Positions 55,401 to 64,000 of a stretch of 64,000 nt of DNA are shown piece by piece. This DNA is from Macrostomum lignano. Taxonomy: Eukaryota. The stretch covers positions 62,001 to 126,000 of the forward strand of contig NIVC01001879.1 of the NCBI GenBank assembly GCA_002269645.1, given 5' to 3'. The notes under the pieces are model-generated. The model saw nothing but the letters and a program-made list of their open reading frames with translations, searched no databases and was not told where the DNA came from. Each line of letters opens with the position of its first letter. Position 1 is the stretch's first letter. A program made the translations under genes and the position numbers.

Positions 55401-57520
55401 GGTTCTTCAGTGTGAGTGACACCCTATCCTTCAGTGTGAGTGACACCCCATTCTTCAGTGTGAGTGACACCTTATCCTCCAGGTTCTTCAGTGTGAGTGA
55501 CACCCCATCCTTCAGGTTCTTCAGTGTGAGTGAAACCCCATCCTTCAGGTTCTTCAGTGTGAGTGAAACCCCATCCTTCAGGTTCTTCAGTGTGAGTGAA
55601 ACCCCATCCTTCAGTGTGAGTGACACCCTATCCTTCAGTGTGAGTGACACCCCATCCTTCAGTGTAAGTGACACCCCATCCTTCAGTGTGAGTAACACCC
55701 CATCCTTCAGTGTGAGTGACACTTCATCCTTCAGTGAGAGTGACACTTCATCCTTTAGTGAGAGTGACACTTCATACTTCAGTGAGAGTGACACCCCATC
55801 CTTCAGTGTGAGTGACACCCTATCCTTCAGTGTGAGTGACACCCCATCCTTCAGTGTGAGTGACACCTTATCCTCCAGGTTCTTCAGTGTGAGTGACACC
55901 CCAGCCTTCAGGTTCTTCAGTGTGAGTGAAACCCCATCCTTCAGGTTCTTCAGTGTGAGTGAAACCCCATCCTTCAGGTTCTTCAGTGTGAGTGAAACCC
56001 TATCCTTCAGTGTGAGTGACGCCCTATCCTTCAGTGAGAGTGACACTTCATACTTCAGTGAGAGTGACACCCCATCCTTCAGTGAGGGTGACACCCCATC
56101 CTTCAGTGTGAGTGACACCCTATCCTTCAGTGAGAGTGACACTTCATCCTTTAGTGAGAGTGACACTTCATACTTCAGTGAGAGTGACACCCCATCCTTC
56201 AGTGTGAGTGACACCCTATCCTTCAGTGTGAGTGACACCCCATCCTTCAGTGTGAGTGACACCTTATCCTCCAGGTTCTTCAGTGTGAGTGACACCCCAG
56301 CCTTCAGGTTCTTCAGTGTGAGTGAAACCCCATCCTTCAGGTTCTTCAGTGTGAGTGAAACCCCATCCTTCAGGTTCTTCAGTGTGAGTGAAACCCTATC
56401 CTTCAGTGTGAGTGACGCCCTATCCTTCAGTGAGAGTGACACTTCATACTTCAGTGAGAGTGACACCCCATCCTTCAGTGAGGGTGACACCCCATCCTTC
56501 AGTGTGAGTGACACCCTATCCTTCAGTGAGAGTGACACCCCATCCTTCAGTGAGAGGCACGGGACTCCAACGCAGAATAACTCACAGGGTCTCATCATCA
56601 CGATAGTGAATCACAGCCCTCTGCTCGGCGTCTCCACCAGCGGCTTGCAGATTAAAATATTTTTCAAAAACGCAGGCAAAACAGTTGCGCTTAAGCATAG
56701 ACGCCTGCATAACGAGTTCTTTGTAGTTGTCTGGCAGATCGGTTAGGCGATAGCAAAGCGTCACATTGTAGCCTGGTTCGGTAGTGTCCAGCAGATAGTT
56801 GCCATATCTGGCTTTCAACAGATCGTGGGCACCATGGTCCTCCAGTTCCTTGAAGAATTTCAAGCTAATGCTCACCTGCATGTAGATTTTGTTTGATTTT
56901 ACATACGATGAAAACGGGACTTTGACCAGAATCGTTGCAGGTAACACAGGTAAAATAGGAAATAAGTGACTCTAGACGACTCTAAAACGACAAGATGTCT
57001 CGGCAAAAGTCACTAAAAACTCGCCTAAGCATACATGCGCAACAGTCGGCCGAGTCGGCCGACCGATTTGGCGGCCAATCAAGGAAGTCGCAAAAATGCG
57101 ACTTTTTTGGTAGTAAAAAGTACTAAGTAGTAGTACTAAGTAGCTGACGAGGCATTTTGACTTAATAAGACAGTCATAGTTACTCTTGCCGTTCACCCAA
57201 AGGGTTTTTTACATGTAAGTCGCATTTTGGCCAAAAACTACGTCGCATTTTTGTTAAAACTAAGTCGCATGGCCAACCGAATTTTGGAGGTTGCGCATGT
57301 ATGCGCCTAAGAGTCAATTTGAGGCTTTTTGAATTAGAATTGCATTTTGCAATTTTAATGCCAACTTTGATTCTTGTCATACTAACGCTTTCAACTGGAA
57401 TCACAAGATAAAGCATTTCAACTCACCCAGATGACAAAACGATCCTGACCGGGATTGCTAATATGATAGATGGCGCCATCAAAGTCGGCCACTTTGATGT
57501 CCACACTGTCGGGTTTGGAG
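46428..57520 (-). CDS. ARPC2: Actin-related protein 2/3 complex subunit 2 (p34-Arc), exons 2-4; first coding exon not located
   Basis: Exons 57520-57427 ([23 protein letters not shown]), 56875-56586 ([11 protein letters not shown]...[13 protein letters not shown]...IHYRDDETL), 46881-46428 ([14 protein letters not shown]...FVLFPRHT...[10 protein letters not shown]...NRARP). Splice phases are consistent. Confidence 0.96.
47140..56555. repeat. 9.4-kb intronic satellite of 24-bp and 33-bp units with higher-order organisation
   Basis: Unit TTCAGTGTGAGTGACACCCCATCC, with or without TTCAGGTTC. The rare variant CCCTATAC recurs at about 47604, 49635 and 51624 (about 2-kb period). Lies entirely within the last ARPC2 intron. 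Confidence 0.98.
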
Positions 57521-58214
57521 CTGTTTGGAAGTAAAATTGAGTGACATAGAATTTTCTTATTTCAGGTTTTTGCTTTACCAGGATGCCAGATAACATTAGT
57601 CAATAAGTTCAACAGTACCCTTTACACTGCTGAGCCTGTCTGACCCAAAAAAAGTTTGCAGAATTCATGTACTTACAGATTACTTTAAATTTGGCAATTG
57701 ATAGAAGTCTTGAAATCCTAATAATTATAAAACTATTGGTAGTAAACTAATTATTAAATTGTGAAGAATTGAACTCTAAATCAAATAAAAAACTTAAATT
57801 AAATTTGATCTAGGTTAGAAAAAAACTAGGTACCATTTTGGCTTTTAGGATTTAATTGGCTTTTAGGATTTAAATTTAGGATACTAAATTAATGTTGATG
57901 TATCTTAACATTCTATAGCAAAAAATCTAGTTGGCAAGTCTAAAATAAACTAGTTATATATTTTATAGACTTACAATACCTAGGACTTTTAGAAGAGCTC
58001 AATATATACAATCTAGCCTATCTGGCTAAGTTAAGACTATATTCTAGCCATAGATCAAATCAGATTTGGTCTAATTAGATTTTGAAATATATTTTAAAAA
58101 TACAAATGACCTAAACAATTGTAATGTGTTAGTATAAGCTGCCACACCACTGGTACTATTTTGCTTCGATTGCTTAAACTGACACCCCATATTGCAAAAG
58201 GTATCCTGTTGGAA

Positions 58215-60690
58215 AAGTTATGCACTTGTGTAGGCATAAAAGGTGAGAGAGGTGCACAAAAGAGGCACTTTAGTGGCCTATTTTGTGTGTGTTTTGGAAA
58301 TGCAACTGAGTGCACCTTTTATGCCTAAATGTTACCAATATTTTTTAAAAGAGGCATGAAAGATGTACAATCAGTAAAGTGGTCAGGCATTAGGGGAATT
58401 ATCATTTCGAAATTTTGGTTATATTTTAACAATTTAGACATTGATGATCATGCTACACAAGAAAGAAAATCTATAGGAAGTGAAAGGAAGTGCGGTTCAA
58501 AGACTCAGTGGGGAGGTGAGAATTGCCTTTTCTACAAGAAAAGATTGTGCGGGGCACACTGTTCCAGGCCTTGTGCTACACCCACCTCAACCTCCACAAG
58601 CCCACTGGCTGAACTCATCGGCGTGGATTTTAATTGGCTAAAGACTTAAAGCCTTAATGAAATGGATATAGGCTACTTGCATCTAGATCTTCAGCTTAAA
58701 CAGTGGTGAAGTATAATACAACTTCTACTATATTTCTATGTACAAGTGTATAATACATATAATACACCAGCATTTTCTATTTCGTATTTTTAAAGTAAAT
58801 TAAATCTTAAGTATTCTGGTTTAAACATATCAAAGATACTTTTTATAAAACATGTAAGCTTATACATGCAGAGGCAAGGTGTTAACCTTTTTGCATGATT
58901 AGTGAAAAAGTAAAAATTTGTTAAGCTCAAAAATTTCGATTTTGATTCTAAGAAACCAAAAATTTTGATTTCGATTTCGATTTGAAAAATAATTTCAATC
59001 CATCACTACATTAGTGAGGAAAAGTTTCAAATCTTTCCAAAGAATAGTGAGAAATAGTAGCAAAGCAATTTTGCAAGTTGGAACGCCCCTTGCATTGCTT
59101 CTATGCCTAAAATGCCCACTGTGCACCTTTTGTGCCTCCAATGCACACTATATACATTTTTATGTACCTCTACTATAGTGCAACTTTTGTTTACCTTTCA
59201 CTCTATTAATACCCCCAATTCCTACTTTGTTCACCTTTTGTGTCTCCAATGCATACTGTGCACCTTTAATTCACCCAACTCCCCTATGACACCTGTGCCC
59301 CTACCACCTACTTTGTTACGTTCCAAAATCAAAATTGAAATTGAAATTTTATGAAATCAAAATTCAGAAAAACAAAGTATAGCATGACAAACACTCACTT
59401 TTTACTATTTATTTACTGCTCATGCAAAACAAAATACACGTGTATATATAGTGGAAATTAGTTTATTTTCAGCCACTGAATAAGTAGAATCCCTCATTGC
59501 CACTTTGAATACAAAAACTTTTTTCAACGTGAAAACTATATACGACCATTGCTGCCCAGTTGTGTGTATATATAATGCAGTCTAGTATATACATATAGTA
59601 CCCGTTGGATTTTGAGTTTTTAAAGTAGGCATGAAAGGTGAAGAGTTTTACACCTTCTGCCTCACTTTCGCCTCTTTTATGCCTATTTTGTGCCACTTGT
59701 GCACCGCATGTTCACCTGAGTGGCTCTGCAGGGTCAGAAGGTGAATATAAGGCACAAAATAGGTGGTAGGGGCATAGGTGTCATAGGGGAGTTTGGTGTA
59801 TTAAAGGTGCACAGTGTGCATTAGAGGCACAAAAGGTGAACAAAGTAGGAATTGGGGGCATTGGTGGAGTGAAAGGTGAAAAAAAGGTGCGCTGTGGTGG
59901 AGGTGCATAAAAAGTGTACCTGGTGTGCACTGGAGGTACGAAAGGTGAATAAAGGTGCACAGTGTGCATTGGAGGCACAAAAGGTAAACAAATGGTGCAC
60001 AGTGGGCACTTTAAGTGTAGAGGCAATGCAAGGGGCGTTCCAACTTGCGAAAGTTCTTTGCTACTTTTTCTTATTATTCTTTAAACAGATTCAAAGCTTT
60101 TCATCATTTTTCGGAACTTTTTTGAGTATTTGAAAGTTATTAAAACTTATCAGTATAGGAAATGTTTACTTTTGTGGTTTGTCAGGATCAGGAAGGGGAT
60201 AGCAGCGATTAGTATAGGTATAAATAAAGCTTTTCTATGTTCAATCTGTGTGTGCAATGTACGAGTATGTAACTCTCAGTTAATTTTTGTTACTGATTAT
60301 TAATGCGTTAATTTGTGCATAGGCATGAAAGGTGAGCGAGGTGCACAGAAGAGGACTTTTGGGGTCTATTTCGAGCGTGTTTTGGAAATGCACCTGTATA
60401 CATATTTACGCTGCAACATGTACACCTTATACACCTCTAATTCACCTTTTGTGCACTTTCTGCGCCCCTTCAGCACCTTTACTGCCCTTACCGCAGCCAA
60501 TCAAAATTGAGAATTCACCTACTGCCTGACCACTTCACCAATTTTACACCTTTCATGCCTCTTTTCAAAAATATTGGTGACATTTAGGCATAAAAGGTGC
60601 ACTCAGGTGCATTTCCAAAACACACACGAAATAGGCCACCAAAGTGCCTCTTTTGTGCACCTCGCTCACCTTTTGTGCCTCTGCAGGTGC
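58215..60690. mobile_element. Foldback-like nest of long inverted repeats with GTGCAC-rich modules
   Basis: About 59020-59325 is the reverse complement of about 59755-60105; about 58215-58360 is the reverse complement of about 60545-60690; 60315-60400 is a direct copy of about 58226-58305. Boundaries approximate. Confidence 0.75.
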
Positions 60691-60857
60691 ATAACTTTTA
60701 CAACGGGGTAGTGGTAACTGTATGAAAGGATAGATAACTGCATGAACTATATGGAGGTTGTGCATGTATATCATAGAAGCAAGCAGTAATATATATGTAT
60801 TGATTACCATATGACAACTAGCAATAATTGTGATAGTGTAAATCATACTCATGTTTA

Positions 60858-61015
60858 GGCGTAACCTTGGGATTTACTCAGCCATTTCTATTGGCAACAC
60901 ACACATGTAAGTTGCTATTGGATGGAATAGTAGTCACATGATTGCTCTTAGCCAATAGTGACTTGAATGTGTATATTGTCAATAGAAACAGCCAGATGAT
61001 TCCCAAAGTTACGCA
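60858..61015. mobile_element. Small (about 160 bp) palindromic MITE-like element
   Basis: GCGTAAC(C/T)TTGGGA and TTTCTATTG(G/A)CAA blocks recur in inverted orientation at the two ends. Confidence 0.5.
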
Positions 61016-62734
61016 TGTATGACCATACTGCATGTATAGGCCCTATGTATATTTTGTATATATTTCATGGCAGAATAGCCAACTCTCAGTTCAAATACAC
61101 GCACTCTATACTTGTGGCAATCGGGTTGCCACTTCGATTTTTTGGCCGAGCCCCTGCCAGCCATGGCTGCTATTGATGTGGAAAGTGCAAGGTTTTGCAG
61201 ATTTTTTTGTAGGGCATCCCCACGCATGTGGCAGTTGCCACTTCGATTTTTTTAAATTACTTTAATAATTTTTGCATTCAATTTACTAAGTTTTTATGAA
61301 TTTAATTGCGTGCCCCAACTCCCAGAAATTTTTGCATATTGTTTTCCAATAGTTGTTTATTTAGTCACTTTCCCGTATGTTGTCCTTTGTCCCAATTTTT
61401 GTTCCTCCAATTTGTCCCACCTATGAATCCATGTTTCCCCACTCTTGTTTGTTATTTTCTTTTCTTTAAATTTCTGTGTAAAACTGCCTTTGCTCAACCT
61501 TGTGCCCACTCCTTTGCCCAACCAGCTGCCTAGCTACCCGTCCAAGTTTTGCCCCTATAGTTGGAATTTATACTAACTATTTATATTGCATGTTTCAAGC
61601 GCTGCTAATTCAGACTTGCTCTTTGTCTTTCACACTCACTCTCTTTTTATTTTTGCATTTTTAGTTTGTTCATCTACCTTACTCCGGCTCTGCTTGTCAA
61701 ATAATTTTGATTGCCTGCTAAATGTTATTTTAATACTCAGTTAATAATAATAATAATTAATATTAAGCAATAATACTTTCATTAACTAATAGGAAGCCAA
61801 TAGCCTATTTTGAGTCTTTTGCCCATGGGGCATAAAATAACCAAAGTCTCATCTCAAAGAAAGCTCTAAGACCATACATTCCATAATATGTAAATTACGG
61901 TGGTGGCAGCAACTACCCTATTGAAAGTAACAAGCTCGACAAGCCAACGCATTAGATTACAGTGTCAGAATCTCCGGTGTTTATCAATTGAATGACCGCA
62001 CTACTATACAACCACTCTGCTACAATTGCAACTACCCTCCCCCCAGAACTTGAGGACCTGGCTGTCGGAGTAAAACAGGAGAAAGTAATTTGTTGTGATT
62101 CTTCTACGCAATTTTCTAGAACCATTTGTGCAAACTCAACGCCAGCAACAATTCAAACGTGGAATCCACCTTACCTCACTAGTGTTAGCAACTAATTTTC
62201 AAATAAACCCATTCCAAAAAAACTTTCTCTGCCTCCACCTTATACTGTAATATGCAATATATTAGCAAATGCTTTTACAGCTATTTAAAGTTCTACAAAA
62301 TTTATGAAAATTTACCATTTCAAAAACTGCATGTATGCAAGCTCAAAGAAATAGCTTATTAAAAATTGTTTTTTGACTAGGACCTAGGTTCAAAGCTAAC
62401 CTATTGAAAAAGTTAGCTTTGAAACAATGAAAATTTTCTTTTAAGCTTATGCTGTATCTAGTACAAAAGATTTGTTAAGAATTGAAAAAAGTATATTATA
62501 TTATTATGTTTGCATATTAATGACTGGCAATCTTCAAGTTTCGTTTGTTAAATTATTTTTTCAATGATTCCTGAACTATCTTGCTCTGAGATGATTATTT
62601 TCAAGCTCTCCAGTGTATCCAGCCCTTTCCTAGCTGAGAAAGTAGCAGCTTTGTTAATATTAACCTCTAAGGTACCATAAAGCCAGAAATATAAGATGCA
62701 AACAAGCAAAGCTAACATGTAATGCTGAGTACAA

Positions 62735-62967
62735 ACAAAGCGGTCACCTTGACAGAGCTGCAGCCTAAGTTGAGTGGCCAGACAATTGGCACACACTTGC
62801 TGGTTGGCAATTAGATGGTATTTGGCTATCCAATTCATGGTATCCCTTGTTGTTGCTGTAATCACAGCCAGTTCCTGCATTGTCAAGGTGATGTCGCACA
62901 AAGCTGCAGCTAGTTGCACTTGTGCTATTGGTACAATAAAAGTGGGTGCCGCTGGTTGTCCTGCCAT
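62735..62967 (-). pseudogene. 5' fragment (about 78 codons) of a Merlin/ISXO2-like transposase
   Basis: MAGQPAAPT...LCD...M.WIAKY.LI...C..C...LRLQ..QGDRFV aligns with the N-terminus of the + strand copy at 63045; similarity then stops. Confidence 0.75.
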
Positions 62968-63044
62968 AGTGTATTAGTCGGCTATCCTGCATTTTCGTTC
63001 ATTAAATTATTTTTTCATTTTTTTCAGCCACACTGCATATCCAA

Positions 63045-64000
63045 ATGGCGGGTCGTCCAGCTGCTCCCACTACTATCATCACACCAGCTGAGATAAGACC
63101 TACTGCGGAACTATGCGACCTGCCACTCATAAGGATGCGGGACTTGGCTTTTTTGACCACTGACACACTGTCTCTGATGCGCTGGCTGGCCAAATACCGG
63201 CTGCTGTGAAACAAGCGTCGGTGCCATTGCCCTGCTGCACCTCAAATGCGCCTTCAGCGTCGTCAGGGTGACCGGTATGTGGATGGCTGGGCTTGGGCTT
63301 GCAAGGAGTGTCACGGCCAGGAGTCCATAAGGAAGGGCTCCTTTTTCGAGAGAAGCCACCTAGCGCTTAACCAACTGGTGGACTTTGTGTACTGGTGGGC
63401 ACTGAAGACACCACTGAAGGACATCATGCTGCAGTGTGACATCCAGCAGCCGCATACCAGTGTCGACTGGGCCAACTTCTGCCGCGATGTGTGTGCCCAG
63501 GTACTTATTGACCACCCAATGCAGCTTGGTGGCCCAAACATTGAAGTGGAGGTGGACGAGAGCAAATTCTTCCACCGCAAGTACCATGTTGGCAACTATC
63601 GTGAGGGCCACTGGGTGCTTGGAATGGTAGAGTGTGGCAGTAACAAATGCATGATGGTGGTGGTTGAGAATCGACGTGCCAAAACACTGCTGCCTATTCT
63701 GCAGCAGTACATCCTGCCCGGTTCCCGAGTCATCACTGACGGATGGCAGTCGTACAACGGCCTTGCTGCCATGGGCTTCAACCATGTGAGTGTCAACCAT
63801 CAACTCAATTTCGTGGACCCACAGGACCCGACAGTGCACACCAACACAATCAAGGGCAGCTAGGCGCACTGCAAGGCCAAGCTGCGTCAGGGGCATGGTA
63901 CCAGTGATGGGCTTTTCGAGTCGCACCTGCAGGAGTTCCTGTGGCGCCGGCTCTATCCAAATGAGCATCATTTCGGCAACTTTCTGTACTGGGTGACCCA
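63045..64000 (+). pseudogene. Inactivated Merlin (IS1016/ISXO2-like) DDE transposase, running off the window end
   Basis: VEVDESKF, WVLGMVE, ITDGWQSY, VNHQLNFVDP, HTNTI motifs. In-frame stops at 63207-63209 and 63861-63863. The expected catalytic Glu reads Lys (HTNTIKGS*). Confidence 0.9.

Noticed and set aside
47362-56746. 3114-aa, 1680-aa and 1382-aa ORFs as real giant repeat proteins
   Set aside because: They arise from 24/33-bp satellite units lacking stops in those frames, lie inside an ARPC2 intron, have no unique domains or signal peptide, and show mainly non-synonymous unit variation.
57540-62500. Candidates for ARPC2 exon 1 (e.g. donors near 57577 and 57676)
   Set aside because: None encodes an MILLE-like N-terminus in the required phase 2; exon 1 probably lies beyond the window or was missed.

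Overview
Repeat-rich eukaryotic (animal) genomic DNA with spliceosomal introns. An EF-hand/dynein-light-chain (TAL-type) gene points to a flatworm, and the dense simple repeats and GC-rich coding sequence would fit a Macrostomum-like free-living species (inference only). Host genes: two near-identical RPS15 copies flanking an RSL1D1-like gene; PLBD1-like phospholipase B (1-nt frameshift); a 9-exon TAL-like gene whose linker is built from six consecutive frame-symmetric small exons; a secreted PAN/apple + ALK/LTK-type glycine-rich protein with no kinase; three paralogous two-exon secreted prepropeptide genes sharing the C-terminal motif R-x-SYIP(L/M)FNF(I/L)R-x-x-LR, which I do not recognise and which the ORF track misses; and ARPC2 (exons 2-4) with a 9.4-kb satellite in one intron. 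Mobile DNA: a 5'-truncated RT+RNase H LINE with TSD, a tRNA-derived SINE with TSD, two decayed Ngaro/DIRS tyrosine-recombinase retrotransposons, a hAT-type MITE family, foldback-like inverted repeats and decayed Merlin (ISXO2-like) transposases. The very long ORFs in the satellites are judged artefacts. The strongest novelty candidates are the peptide precursor cluster and the micro-exon-linker TAL gene. All exon models were built by hand from splice signals and frame continuity; no database search was run.
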